From an uncultured Bacteroidaceae bacterium (GTDB lineage Bacteria > Bacteroidota > Bacteroidia > Bacteroidales > GCA-2748055), in NCBI GenBank assembly GCA_964428945.1, contig CAYSAH010000001.1:1-48026 (forward strand): 48,026 nucleotides of DNA, written 5' to 3'. The notes under the pieces were generated by a model. It ran no database searches. It had not been told where the DNA came from and worked only from the letters and a program-made list of their open reading frames with translations. Both the position numbers and the translations under genes were made by a program. Shown piece by piece: positions 16,060 through 26,585 of this stretch; position 1 is the first letter of the stretch, and the number at the start of each line of letters is the position of its first letter.

Positions 16060-17283
16060 TTAAAGATCAATCGTTAATGTTTCGGTATTATCTTCTTTCA
16101 CAGCAGCCTGTTGACTTTTCCCGTATTTAACAAGCGCCACTGCCATTATTGTTGAAGTAACAAGAATAACAAACAGTAAAATTCCTTCTTCAAAACCTTC
16201 ACTGTGATATTCTTCTGGAATGGCATAGAAGAGCAGGACAGTGATTAATCCACGGGGGCTGAGGAAAGCCTCAGGGTACATTTCCTTTCCGAGAAAAAGC
16301 TTTGTAAATACCCACCTGAAACCATAAAGGAAGACCAGGATCAGCAGGCTGATGAGGAGCACCTTAAAACTCAGCAGGCTTGAGAGAAGAACTGACATAC
16401 CGAATATTACAAAGAAAAAGGTTCGGACCACAAACGCCGATTCCTTTGTAACAACCCTGAAATTTTTGTAGATATCTGTAAGTATATCATGTTTCAGATG
16501 CCGGCTCAGAGGACCCCTGAAAAACAATTTTGGATTCTTAAGGATCATACCGAAGAAAAGAATCATGATCAGTGAGGAGAGTTCCAGTTTCTTACCGATG
16601 GAATAAAGGATCAGCAAAATGGCTATAAAGAGAAATAACTTCGTATCGGATTTGATATTCTGGAACAAAAGAATCAGTCCATAACATACTATGGCCGAGA
16701 TCAAAAGGGTAAAGAGGATATTGCCGCCTATAAATAAGACTACCTGTCCTGCGCTCTCTTTTTCGGCACTGCCTATAAGCAGGAAAAAAAACATGATACC
16801 CAGAATGTCGGAAAAGGCACTTTCATAGATCATGAATTCCCTTTTATACTCCGTGAGTCCCGCCACACTTGGTATTACAATGGCACTGCTGATGATCGAA
16901 AGGGGAATGGCATAAAGCATCCCGGGGATCAAGTCCATTTTCAAGAGTGCAACAAAGATTAAGGCAAAGGTAAAGGTGCTAATAACGAGCAGGATCAATG
17001 CGAGAAAAAAGGATTTCAGGATCAGGGGCAGTTTTTCTCTTTTCAGTTCGAGGTCGAGCGCAGCCTCTAGCACGATCATGATCAATCCAACAATACCCAG
17101 GATCTCCAGAACGGGCAGAAAGTCAAAGTCTTTCAGACCTGCTTTGCCTGAGAATAATTGTAACAATATCCCGAGACTTATCAGCATAAGAACAGCCGGT
17201 ATGCTTTTTTTCTTCTCAAGCAAAGAGAAAAAATACGAGATAATAATGACCAGGGAGGCAGCAATGATTATGAAGTAGCTCAT
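16060..17283 (-). CDS. Cation:proton antiporter (Na+/H+ exchanger family)
   Basis: 407-aa polytopic membrane ORF, about 11-12 hydrophobic segments. Overall pattern typical of CPA-type exchangers. Family call from general resemblance only. Confidence 0.7.
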   Translation of the reverse strand: MSYFIIIAASLVIIISYFFSLLEKKKSIPAVLMLISLGILLQLFSGKAGLKDFDFLPVLEILGIVGLIMIVLEAALDLELKREKLPLILKSFFLALILLVISTFTFALIFVALLKMDLIPGMLYAIPLSIISSAIVIPSVAGLTEYKREFMIYESAFSDILGIMFFFLLIGSAEKESAGQVVLFIGGNILFTLLISAIVCYGLILLFQNIKSDTKLFLFIAILLILYSIGKKLELSSLIMILFFGMILKNPKLFFRGPLSRHLKHDILTDIYKNFRVVTKESAFVVRTFFFVIFGMSVLLSSLLSFKVLLISLLILVFLYGFRWVFTKLFLGKEMYPEAFLSPRGLITVLLFYAIPEEYHSEGFEEGILLFVILVTSTIMAVALVKYGKSQQAAVKEDNTETLTIDL

Positions 17284-17316
17284 GTATCTTTTAAGTTCAG
17301 TTAAACCATTAGAACC

Positions 17317-18606
17317 TTACTTTTCCTCCAGGTATCCCCCGGTAATCCTTGTAAGGCCCGACTTCGATTCCACCAGGTTATAGATCGCCTGTAACCTTCT
17401 CAGCGAAGCTTCAAGGTAGATCAGCTGAACATCCCTGTAGTTAAAGGAATTTATCGCACCGGATTTGTATTTTTCTTCGGAGATCCTCATATTGAGCTGA
17501 GCGGCAGCCAGACTTTTTTCTGCCACATCCAGGAGAGAGATACGCACTTCATGGTAGTCATAAAGGTTATACAATTCGTTGACAAGGGCATGCTCCATCT
17601 GTTCTATTCCGGTCCGGGCAATTTCTTCACTGATCCGTGCAACCTTAACAGCCTGCTTGCGAACACCACCCTGGTAAATATCGTAGCTCAGGCGTATATT
17701 TCCAAATGGTGAGAACGATTTCAGGATAACAGGGGTTCCTCCACTGGTACTGTTACGGGTATAGCTATTGTCCATACCCGCCGATGCTGAAAGAGAAGGA
17801 TAATACGCGGCCTCCCTGATCTTCGATTCATCCTCTTTCAGAACCAGGTTGATATACTGATTTTTAAGTGTACGGTTATTTTCAAGCATCTTTTCCCTGA
17901 GGTCTGAAAGCTTATAATGGACAGTATCAGCCGCAAATTGTTCTTCATATTCAAAGGAGAAGGAGGGATCTTCGGCCAGGATAAAATTCAGGTTCCGTTT
18001 CGCGCTCCGCACCCTCATCTCCTGGTCAAGATATGCAGCCTTGTCTGCCAGGAAAACATTTTCAGCCTGTAATACCTCGTAGGTGACAGCTGAACCAATG
18101 GCCTTGCGTTTTAATTCATAATCGTACCTGTCGCGGGAAAGGTCCATAACTGTTTGCATGACCAGGAGTCTTTCCTTTTCCAGCAATACCCCATAGTAGC
18201 CGAGGATAATATCTTCAATCGTATTTTCAATAAGGACAGAGAGGCGACCGGATGAAAGATCCTCTGTATTTTCAAGAATGTTCTTTGTGATCTTTACCCT
18301 GAAACCGCTGAAGAGGATCCAATCCATTCCAATTCCTGCAGTAAGCCTGTTGCCCAATTCGCTGTCAACAAGATCGTATGTGTTTATTGAGCTTGCATCA
18401 AAGCCCACACTTGGGTAACGGCCTGCATTTCCCCAGGTATTGTTGGTCCCTGCAATATCAAGTTCGGCGCGGGAAATCGTAATTCCATAATTCTGTTCAA
18501 GCCCTTTTTCAATTGCCTCAGAAAGTGAAAGTACAGCATCCTGTGAAAAGCCGGAAAGGTGGCTTGCCAGCAAAAGAGCTGTCAGGAAAAACCTGGTATA
18601 TCTCAT
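17317..18606 (-). CDS. TolC-family outer-membrane efflux protein
   Basis: 429-aa ORF with a signal peptide and two OEP-type repeats (LSLSEAIEKGLEQNYGI..., coiled-coil-rich). Last gene of the RND operon; 4-nt overlap with the RND pump gene. Confidence 0.85.
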   Translation of the reverse strand: MRYTRFFLTALLLASHLSGFSQDAVLSLSEAIEKGLEQNYGITISRAELDIAGTNNTWGNAGRYPSVGFDASSINTYDLVDSELGNRLTAGIGMDWILFSGFRVKITKNILENTEDLSSGRLSVLIENTIEDIILGYYGVLLEKERLLVMQTVMDLSRDRYDYELKRKAIGSAVTYEVLQAENVFLADKAAYLDQEMRVRSAKRNLNFILAEDPSFSFEYEEQFAADTVHYKLSDLREKMLENNRTLKNQYINLVLKEDESKIREAAYYPSLSASAGMDNSYTRNSTSGGTPVILKSFSPFGNIRLSYDIYQGGVRKQAVKVARISEEIARTGIEQMEHALVNELYNLYDYHEVRISLLDVAEKSLAAAQLNMRISEEKYKSGAINSFNYRDVQLIYLEASLRRLQAIYNLVESKSGLTRITGGYLEEK

Positions 18607-21600
18607 ATCTCATCAGTATTAGAGTTCTCCCCGTTCTTTTCGTAGGACAGTTTCCGCTTATGAAGGATGACCGCTGTTTCAACTTCCTCCCTTTCAGGTT
18701 TTATTCCATGCCACAGCTGATAGGTAAATACCCTGAAATCACTTAGCAACATAATCAGGACCGGAAGAAAGATAAGGATGAAAAGGGTGCCTATGGCAAC
18801 TCCATAAGCCAGGCTTATCGCCATCGGGATAAGGAATTGTGCCTGGACACTTTTCTGGAACATAATAGGGAACAAGCCGATCACGGTGGTAAGACTGGTC
18901 AGTATGATAGGCCTCAGGCGTATTTTCCCTGCTTCCATGATCGCTTCTTGTACTTTTCTCCCGCTTACGAGCAAACCGTCAAATTTTGCCATGAAAACGA
19001 TAGCATCATTGATAACGACCCCTGTCAGGGCTACCATTCCCCAAAGGCTCATCATGGATAATGGCTTGCCATGAATTCCGTGTCCCCAGATCACCCCGAG
19101 CATTGCAATTGGGATCATCAGTACGATGATAAAGGTTTTCTGGCCGCTCCTGAAATGGAAGATAAGGATCATTACAATGATGACAAAGGCAATAAGAAAG
19201 TAGCGCAGTGCCTGAACGAGAGCTTCGCGGCTGGTTTTTTGCTGACCCTGGTAAAGATAGCGTACCCCGTTGAAGCGCGACAAGAGATCGGGCATGATCT
19301 CAGTATCGATTTGTTCCAGGATCTCGGGCACGGGGGCAAAGGGGTCAACGGTTTCGGCTTCAACCCTTATTTCCCTTGATCCCTGGTAACGGTTTATAGC
19401 CACAGGTCCGCGCTCCAGAGAGTAATCGGCAAGTTCTGAAAGAGGATATTCGCCGCCTGCCGTTTTTATCTTCATTTTCTCCATCTGTCCTATGGTTAAA
19501 CGTCCGGTTTTTGGATAACGGACCCAGACACGTAATTCATCTCGTCCAACCTGCAGGCGCTGTGCCTGAACACCATAAAACCCCTGCCTTACCTGCCCGG
19601 CGATCTCATTTTCATCAAGTCCTAGAAAGTAGGCCTTGGGTTTAAGTTTTAAGCGGACTTCCTGTTTTCCGAGAGCTATATTTTCAGTAATATCCTTTAG
19701 CTGGGGAAGTTCCTCCAGACGCGAGATCAGGTAGTCTTTAGCCAGGTTAAGTTCTGCAAGATTTAAAGACATCAGGCCCACGGAAACAGGTGAACCCCAT
19801 CGGTTTCTGCCACCTACGGTAAACTTACGTGCTTCGGGTACATAGCCGATCTTTTCCCTGACCCTTGTGGAAATATCGCTGCCGGAAACAGAAAGACCCT
19901 CGAGGTCGATAGGAAATACATCAATGGTACCGGCATGAGCCCCTGACTCCTGGCGCCTGAAAGCACTTCCCAGTTCTGCATCTACCCGCTCAATCAGGTC
20001 TGTCTTAAGTCCAAGTTCCTCCGTCATTGACTCATTCACCTCCCAAACGGCCGCTTCAAATTTTTTCAGGTATTCGAGGGTTTGCTGCTCTCCGTCGCCA
20101 GGCGTAAATGCCACGTTGATCTCGAAGGAATCAAAATCGACGGAGGGATAATAGGTATTTTTTATATGACCACCGAAAAACAGGCCTGCTGTGATAAGAA
20201 ACAAGCCAATGGAAATGCCTACTGCGATCACACGCCATTTGATCAGCCATTCGAGCATGTAATGATAAATATTGTCCCGGAGCCATACCAAAAAACCTTC
20301 GAAGTAGCGTTTGATTCCCCTTGTTTTAGTCTGAAGCCTTTTCCGGCTCAGGACCCGCTCATTTCCCACATGTGCGGGAAGTACAAGGAAAGCCTCAAAC
20401 AGCGAAAAAGAAAGGGATGCAATAACCACGATTGCCACTTCATACATCATTTCCATTGGCGTTCCGGCAAGGAACAGGAGTGGAGTAAATGCAATGATCG
20501 TTGTTGTAACAGAGGTCATCACAGCCGGGGCAACTTCAAGGGTTCCTTCAACAGCTGCTTTCATAGGGGATTTTCCCTGTTCGAAATGCACATAAATGTT
20601 CTCTGCAATTACAATTCCATCGTCGACCAGGATCCCGATTACCAGGATCATCCCGAACAAGGACTGCAGGTTTATGGTAACCCCTAAAAAATTGGCAACG
20701 ATGAACATACCGAGAAAACTGAAAGGAATTCCCAGGGAAACCCACAGCGACAGCCGGATGCTGAGGAAAAGCGACAGCGAAATAACCACCAGTATGAGCC
20801 CCATGAGACCGTTTCTTGTAAGGAGATCGAGCCTGCTCTGAATAATATCAAGGTAGGCTCTTGAGATGATCAGTTCAACGCCCTGGTTGCGTGAATTATA
20901 GTTTTGTACATATTCTCTTACAAAGTCTGTGATCTCGTCCAGGTCCTCTTCGGGTAATTTTTCAACGCTGATAGATACAGAAGGTTTTCCATTGGTCCAC
21001 CTGCGATTTGGGGTATCAGAAAATTTTGTTTTTACATCTGCAACGTCCCTGATCCTTATATAACTCCCATCAGTTTGCCCGGTTAATATGATATCGCCGA
21101 TCTTATTCGGGTCTGCACTTCGCGACCGGAGCCGGATCAACAACTCTTCATCGAGAGATTTGATTTCACCGCCGGAAACATCCTGGTTGTTATTCTGTAT
21201 GGCCCTTACAATCTGATTGAAAGTAAGATTATACCTCAGTAGGTCAGACTCCCTGATCTCAACAGATATTTCAGGGTTTGGATATCCGGAGATCGAGATC
21301 TGGCTCATTACACCGGAATTGAAAAAATCCTCTTCAATTCTCTGGGCATGACCCTTCAGGGTCATCAGGTCGAAAGCAGCTTCGTCAGTAGGCACCAGGC
21401 TTAACCTGACCCCCGGAGCCCTGGACCGTTGTTTTGAGACGATAGGACGCTCTGCAGCTGTGGGAAGGGAAGAAATGCCATCCACAGCATTTTTAACTTC
21501 CAGCAGAATTTCATTGATCGGGTATTCACCTGTTGTTTCAATGATTACACTTGACCTGTTTTCAACACTGGTTGAATTTATTTCCTTAATTCCCACAAGT

Positions 21601-21821
21601 CCCCTGATCGATTCTTCAATTCTCGACGTAACACCTTCCTCCATTTCCACGGGTGAAGCTCCGGGATAAAATACAGAAATTGAAATCATACGGCTTTCCA
21701 TTTCCGGAAAGAAGGATTTTTTCATGGAAAGAAGGCTGACCCCGCCGGCAAGAATTACTACTGCGAGGATAAGGTTAGCGTAGATTGGAAATTCGACAAA
21801 ACGTTCTATGATCTTTTTCAT
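18603..21821 (-). CDS. RND efflux transporter permease (AcrB/CzcA superfamily)
   Basis: 1072-aa ORF with the 12-TM plus two large periplasmic loops layout. N-terminal FVEFPIYANLILAVVILAGG and conserved GILVDDGIVIAENI / VVINDAIVF segments. Confidence 0.9.
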   Translation of the reverse strand: MKKIIERFVEFPIYANLILAVVILAGGVSLLSMKKSFFPEMESRMISISVFYPGASPVEMEEGVTSRIEESIRGLVGIKEINSTSVENRSSVIIETTGEYPINEILLEVKNAVDGISSLPTAAERPIVSKQRSRAPGVRLSLVPTDEAAFDLMTLKGHAQRIEEDFFNSGVMSQISISGYPNPEISVEIRESDLLRYNLTFNQIVRAIQNNNQDVSGGEIKSLDEELLIRLRSRSADPNKIGDIILTGQTDGSYIRIRDVADVKTKFSDTPNRRWTNGKPSVSISVEKLPEEDLDEITDFVREYVQNYNSRNQGVELIISRAYLDIIQSRLDLLTRNGLMGLILVVISLSLFLSIRLSLWVSLGIPFSFLGMFIVANFLGVTINLQSLFGMILVIGILVDDGIVIAENIYVHFEQGKSPMKAAVEGTLEVAPAVMTSVTTTIIAFTPLLFLAGTPMEMMYEVAIVVIASLSFSLFEAFLVLPAHVGNERVLSRKRLQTKTRGIKRYFEGFLVWLRDNIYHYMLEWLIKWRVIAVGISIGLFLITAGLFFGGHIKNTYYPSVDFDSFEINVAFTPGDGEQQTLEYLKKFEAAVWEVNESMTEELGLKTDLIERVDAELGSAFRRQESGAHAGTIDVFPIDLEGLSVSGSDISTRVREKIGYVPEARKFTVGGRNRWGSPVSVGLMSLNLAELNLAKDYLISRLEELPQLKDITENIALGKQEVRLKLKPKAYFLGLDENEIAGQVRQGFYGVQAQRLQVGRDELRVWVRYPKTGRLTIGQMEKMKIKTAGGEYPLSELADYSLERGPVAINRYQGSREIRVEAETVDPFAPVPEILEQIDTEIMPDLLSRFNGVRYLYQGQQKTSREALVQALRYFLIAFVIIVMILIFHFRSGQKTFIIVLMIPIAMLGVIWGHGIHGKPLSMMSLWGMVALTGVVINDAIVFMAKFDGLLVSGRKVQEAIMEAGKIRLRPIILTSLTTVIGLFPIMFQKSVQAQFLIPMAISLAYGVAIGTLFILIFLPVLIMLLSDFRVFTYQLWHGIKPEREEVETAVILHKRKLSYEKNGENSNTDEI

Positions 21822-21842
21822 TGTTTCTCCCGGAATTTAGGA

Positions 21843-23021
21843 TTATTGATCATTTCCAGATGCAGGTCTGCCAATTCCATTCCCCCTCTGATCCAGGCTG
21901 GTAGTTACCCGGGTACCTTCAAAAACATTTATCAATGGCTGTACAACAAGGGTATCACCATCCGGGAGCCCGTTAAACAGCAAAGTACGGGTACTGACCT
22001 TTACAATGTTGATTGGAATTTTTACAAGTCTTTTTTGTTTGACGATAAATACTTCATCGCTGTTAAATACTGCATTCCGGGGTATCTCCATTACATTTTC
22101 AACGGGTCTGCCCGGAAATGTTGCCGAAAGAAACTCTCCGGCCAGGATCGAATGATTAGTATGGTTTATAACCCTCACATATACGCGTTGGCTCTGGGTG
22201 TTTTCATCTACAACCTGGCTTTTTCTGATCACGGTTCCCTCCCATGATTGTGAGCGGCTGTCGGACTCGATATGTACCGGATCGCCAATCTTTACCCACA
22301 TTGCATCCGGGCGGCTTAAAGGAACTTCAAGCTCCAGGGCATCTGTCCGGATGGCCCTGGCAACAGACCCCCCTGTATTTGCATACGCACCAACTTCCAT
22401 AAAAACATCGGTTAGTGTTCCATCAAATGGAGCCTTTACAACATGGCGGCTTAACTGGAGTTCGTCTTTCCGGATCCCGTAGTAATCACTTAACACATTT
22501 TTGCTTGCCAGGAAGATCGTTAGTTTTTCATCTTTTATATCCGGAAAGGAAGGAAGGGACCCATCTATTTCTATGGATGAGAAAAAATCCCGGAATATTT
22601 TCTCGTACTCCGGATAGTCGATGGCAATATCAGGCAGCATTAGTGCAAGTGTATTCAGGAACTGGCTTTTTTTTGCCTTGAGAGCCATTGCAACCTCATC
22701 GCGGTAAATCGAAAAGATTACCTCCCCATTATTAAAGGTGGCCCCAGATTTTAGAGGGATATCACCTTGTTCAATTTTACCCGAAGCTTCAGCAGAAAGA
22801 TTGATCTGTGATACAGACGACATCCTCCCTGGTTCAAAAACTGGTGAAATTACGGTCCCATATGAAATTACCTGTGCCTCGACGAAGCGCTGGGCTTCAA
22901 ATGACATCCGCGAAGGAGGGGCTTCCTTGGATGCGATTAGGAACCTCATAATTCCATAGGCCAATCCTATAATAAATACCAGGGAAACAATGATAAGGAT
23001 CCTGCGATCAATTTTTTTCAT
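21843..23021 (-). CDS. RND efflux periplasmic adaptor (membrane fusion protein, HlyD-like)
   Basis: 392-aa ORF with an N-terminal anchor helix, lipoyl/barrel-sandwich-like segments, and a position directly upstream of the RND pump. Confidence 0.85.
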   Translation of the reverse strand: MKKIDRRILIIVSLVFIIGLAYGIMRFLIASKEAPPSRMSFEAQRFVEAQVISYGTVISPVFEPGRMSSVSQINLSAEASGKIEQGDIPLKSGATFNNGEVIFSIYRDEVAMALKAKKSQFLNTLALMLPDIAIDYPEYEKIFRDFFSSIEIDGSLPSFPDIKDEKLTIFLASKNVLSDYYGIRKDELQLSRHVVKAPFDGTLTDVFMEVGAYANTGGSVARAIRTDALELEVPLSRPDAMWVKIGDPVHIESDSRSQSWEGTVIRKSQVVDENTQSQRVYVRVINHTNHSILAGEFLSATFPGRPVENVMEIPRNAVFNSDEVFIVKQKRLVKIPINIVKVSTRTLLFNGLPDGDTLVVQPLINVFEGTRVTTSLDQRGNGIGRPASGNDQ

Positions 23022-23125
23022 AACAGCTGCTTATTGGGAAAAGAATTAAATATAATAATTCCAATGATTAAATATTTATTATATCACCCTGAAGACAGAA
23101 ATTAATTCCTTGTTGGCTATTCCTT

Positions 23126-26100
23126 TCAGATTTTTACTCCCAGTACAAGAATATCATCTACCTGTTCATTATTAAGCTGCCAGTAAAGCAACTTTTTTTC
23201 CATCAATTCTTCTTGTTTTGCCATCGGATAATTTGAAAGCTCCGAGAGCATTTGTTTGAATTTCAGAATTGTGAATTTTTTACTGTGAATGCCCCCAAAC
23301 TGGTCCTGGAAACCATCAGTAAAGAGATATAGGAGATCATTCTTTTTTACTTCTATGGTCTGAGTCCTGAATTTTTTCCTGGTTGGGTAATGTCCAATCG
23401 GCATCCTGTCGGCTTTATATTCTGCCAGTACTTTTTCCCGGACAAGAATGAGTGAATTATGCGCTCCTGAATATTCAAGTGTTTGTTTCTTCTTCCAGTA
23501 GATACACAAAGCTATATCCATTCCATCCTTGGCATCCACGGTGTTTCCGGATTGTGAAAGAGCCTCTGTAATCTTGTTCCTAAGTTCATCCAGAATCTCA
23601 CCTGATGACAGTTTAATACTTGTATCCTTGGTAATTTCATTCAGAAATGAATTCCCCAGCATACTCATGAAGGCTCCGGGCACGCCATGCCCGGTGCAAT
23701 CGGCTACTGCAAATATAACCTTGTCCCTGGCCTGGGTAATCCAGTAAAAATCACCACTGACTATATCCCGGGGCCGGTAAAAAATATAATAATCTGAAAA
23801 TGAATTCTCAAAGGCTGTTTTTGCAGGAAGAATGGCTTGCTGAATCCTGCTTGCATAGGTAATACTGCTGGTTATATCATTTTTCTGGGCCAGGATCTCA
23901 TCCTTTTGTATCTCAATTTTCTGTTTTTGTTTTTGAATTTCAAGCGTTCTTTCCTGGACCTTCTCTTCGAGGATTCTTTTGTCACGCTTCAATTTTCTTT
24001 CCCTGATATAAAAGAACAAAAAGATGAATGTCAGCACTATTGGAATAAAGAGAAGGTAGAACCAGGTGGTTTGATAAAATGGAGATTGAACTTCAAAGGT
24101 GATGGTCACGGGCTGACTTATGTCATCCAGGATGTTCTTTGCCCGGATCTGAATTGTGTAGATGCCGGGTTCAGGGTATAATTCAAGTTCTGAATTCGTA
24201 CTCCATTTTGACCAGTTTTCCATCCGCCCTTCAATCCTGTAATGGTAAAGCGTGGATTGGTGTTTCAGGAAATAAGGAGCCGAAACACCAATCCTCAATA
24301 ATTTTTCATTCGGGTCGATCTTGAGGGACGCCGGATCAAAAAGCTCCCCAGTTTCATTTGATACACTTGTAATAAATAAGCGGAATACAGCATTGTTTAA
24401 CTTGTGCTGGCTGGCATCAATTAAATAAATACTGCTATAGCTGTCCACAACCAGATAACCAACTTCTTTCTTATAATAAAAGCTATTTATATTATCAAAC
24501 AATCCCCAAAGGTTAGAACGATCAGAAATTTCCTGTGCGATCCTGCCAACAGCCCTGATCCTGTTGTCAACCTTTAGCCAGCTGATCTTCCCCGGGGATG
24601 GAAAGTATTCAAGGGAATTATAATCAGCTGATTGGAAACCTGGCCGGTTATACACCAGGAATGAATCCTTCTCTGGTTCATAATAGCGGATGCCTGAGGA
24701 TGAAAAAAGAAACAGGGTATCATCGGCGACAGAGAGAAACAATTCTTCAGGGTAAACAGACCTGAAATTATAGGTAACAGGCAATATGGTATCATTTTCC
24801 CTTTGAGTAACTTTTATTACCTTATCGTATGCACTGATCCATGATTGTTCATCCTTTAATAAAGCCGAAAAGATTGGTTCATTGTACTTTAGGTCCTTTT
24901 CAATATTTAGTTTCCCATCGTTCAGGGTAATAGTGAAAAGGCCTTCCTCAGCACAAACAAAGCAGGACTCCCCCGGGATTCCATCACCGATATAGTTGAT
25001 ATTCCTTGTCTCCAGGATCAATTCAGCAAGATGATCGCTGATCAGAAATAGTCCGGATGTCGAACCGGCCAATAATCCATATGGAGTTATATACATCCTT
25101 TCACAACGACTGTTCAATCCCTTGACCTTTTTATATACGTAATCCACTGACTTTAGCTTGCTTACCTTTTTCTTGTAATACTGAGGCGTCGTTGCCTGGG
25201 TATTATCGTTTTCGCTTGTCTGGATAGCAGGTTCTTCACTTTTATTCCTGCCAAACAATTTTTTCAGAAATCTGCTGGTCTCCCGGCCTCCCTCTTTCAT
25301 CTCACCACGACTTCTCTTGCTTACCTTTTCCTGGACAGGAGCATTCGCCATCTCCTTTTTAATGTATACCTCAACCTCTTCATAATTTTTTACTTCAGAT
25401 AAATAATATAAACCCTCAGTTGTTGAGACATATAGCTCACCATTGAATTTTATTGTATTTGTGATCAGGCCTTCTAATCCAGGGTAATGACTAAGGTCCC
25501 TGACGGGAAGTCCGGGATCAACGCGGCAGGTTCCGAATTCATATGTCAGCCATAATCCTGAATTTTCATCTGTTCCGATAGCATATATCTCATCATCAGG
25601 CAAACCGGAATTGTAATTCAGGGTATAAAGGACTTTACCTTCCATTTTACTTACTATGATCACTCCACCATATAGAGTGGAAAAGGCATAGGTGCTATCT
25701 GTCAGGGCAACTCCGCCTGTAAGGCCATTTTCCGTAAGATATTCTGAATTTGAAATTGAATAGGGACGGGATGTTTTACCGTTAAATACTTTCAATAAGC
25801 CTGAGTTTAATCCAAGCAATACCTGGTTTCCAGTGAAAGGAAGAGAAAACAGGATCTCACTGTTGGAGAATTCCGTAACGTTTGTCTCCAGCAGTGTATC
25901 TTTTGAAATCCGCAAAAGACCATGGTCATTGCTGTTAACAAACACATCATCCGGAGTTGTAATTATACCTGAAAACTTACCATATGATTCGCTGCTGAAC
26001 CTTGCCGACAACACATCAACATCTGAGTTATGAATACTTACCAGGTTACTGCCATAAATTATTACTGAACTATCTTTGAAAAAGATATCAGATAATCCCC

Positions 26101-26464
26101 CGGCAAGTTCTCCTTCATAGCTTAGAGGAGTATAAGTGACAGATCCGAAAGAATCTCTTTTCAGGTAGCCATAGTTGTTATCGGAAACGATATATACAAC
26201 ATCGTTAAATGGATTTTTCCTTATAGAAACCGGCATGTAGGGAAGGGGAATGATCCTCCATTCATTACCGTCATACCTGAGCAAACCTCGCTTATTTGCG
26301 AAAAGCATAGCATTCTGGTCATCCTGGCAGATCAACCAGTTACCCGCTTCATAACCCTCCCTTGTTTCAACATAGGTGATATATGGAATTCCGGACTGGC
26401 CGCGGGAAAGGATTGATAAAGCGCAAAATATCAACGTAAATAATGATCTCTTCACCAATTGCAT
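23126..26464 (-). CDS. Periplasmic beta-propeller/Y_Y_Y sensor fused through one TM helix and a coiled coil to a PP2C (SpoIIE-type) serine phosphatase
   Basis: 1112-aa ORF. Signal peptide; long propeller-like region; Y_Y_Y-like YHYRIEGRMENWSKW...YTIQIRAKN; TM WFYLLFIPIVLTFIFLFFYI; coiled coil KQKQKIEIQKDEILAQ; phosphatase motifs SGDFYW and VADCTGHGVPGAFMS, plus LFTDGF. Confidence 0.75.
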   Translation of the reverse strand: MQLVKRSLFTLIFCALSILSRGQSGIPYITYVETREGYEAGNWLICQDDQNAMLFANKRGLLRYDGNEWRIIPLPYMPVSIRKNPFNDVVYIVSDNNYGYLKRDSFGSVTYTPLSYEGELAGGLSDIFFKDSSVIIYGSNLVSIHNSDVDVLSARFSSESYGKFSGIITTPDDVFVNSNDHGLLRISKDTLLETNVTEFSNSEILFSLPFTGNQVLLGLNSGLLKVFNGKTSRPYSISNSEYLTENGLTGGVALTDSTYAFSTLYGGVIIVSKMEGKVLYTLNYNSGLPDDEIYAIGTDENSGLWLTYEFGTCRVDPGLPVRDLSHYPGLEGLITNTIKFNGELYVSTTEGLYYLSEVKNYEEVEVYIKKEMANAPVQEKVSKRSRGEMKEGGRETSRFLKKLFGRNKSEEPAIQTSENDNTQATTPQYYKKKVSKLKSVDYVYKKVKGLNSRCERMYITPYGLLAGSTSGLFLISDHLAELILETRNINYIGDGIPGESCFVCAEEGLFTITLNDGKLNIEKDLKYNEPIFSALLKDEQSWISAYDKVIKVTQRENDTILPVTYNFRSVYPEELFLSVADDTLFLFSSSGIRYYEPEKDSFLVYNRPGFQSADYNSLEYFPSPGKISWLKVDNRIRAVGRIAQEISDRSNLWGLFDNINSFYYKKEVGYLVVDSYSSIYLIDASQHKLNNAVFRLFITSVSNETGELFDPASLKIDPNEKLLRIGVSAPYFLKHQSTLYHYRIEGRMENWSKWSTNSELELYPEPGIYTIQIRAKNILDDISQPVTITFEVQSPFYQTTWFYLLFIPIVLTFIFLFFYIRERKLKRDKRILEEKVQERTLEIQKQKQKIEIQKDEILAQKNDITSSITYASRIQQAILPAKTAFENSFSDYYIFYRPRDIVSGDFYWITQARDKVIFAVADCTGHGVPGAFMSMLGNSFLNEITKDTSIKLSSGEILDELRNKITEALSQSGNTVDAKDGMDIALCIYWKKKQTLEYSGAHNSLILVREKVLAEYKADRMPIGHYPTRKKFRTQTIEVKKNDLLYLFTDGFQDQFGGIHSKKFTILKFKQMLSELSNYPMAKQEELMEKKLLYWQLNNEQVDDILVLGVKI

Positions 26465-26585
26465 TTTTACTTAAAATAGTGTGTTTTGAGCACTATGCAA
26501 TTTAGGGCTTTTTCCGATGCATAAATATCTTAATTTGTGAACTTATGGATGAAAAAATATATTCCGAAACTGGCGACTGAAAAAT

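Noticed and set aside
18837-21669. Numerous nested ORFs inside the RND pump gene on either strand (e.g. 20082..20687, 201 aa)
   Set aside because: They are embedded in a 1072-aa gene with unambiguous RND features. Their translations are Cys/His-rich and motif-free, i.e. frame shadows. The same applies to nested ORFs inside the SusC, SusD, GH2, sensor and permease genes.
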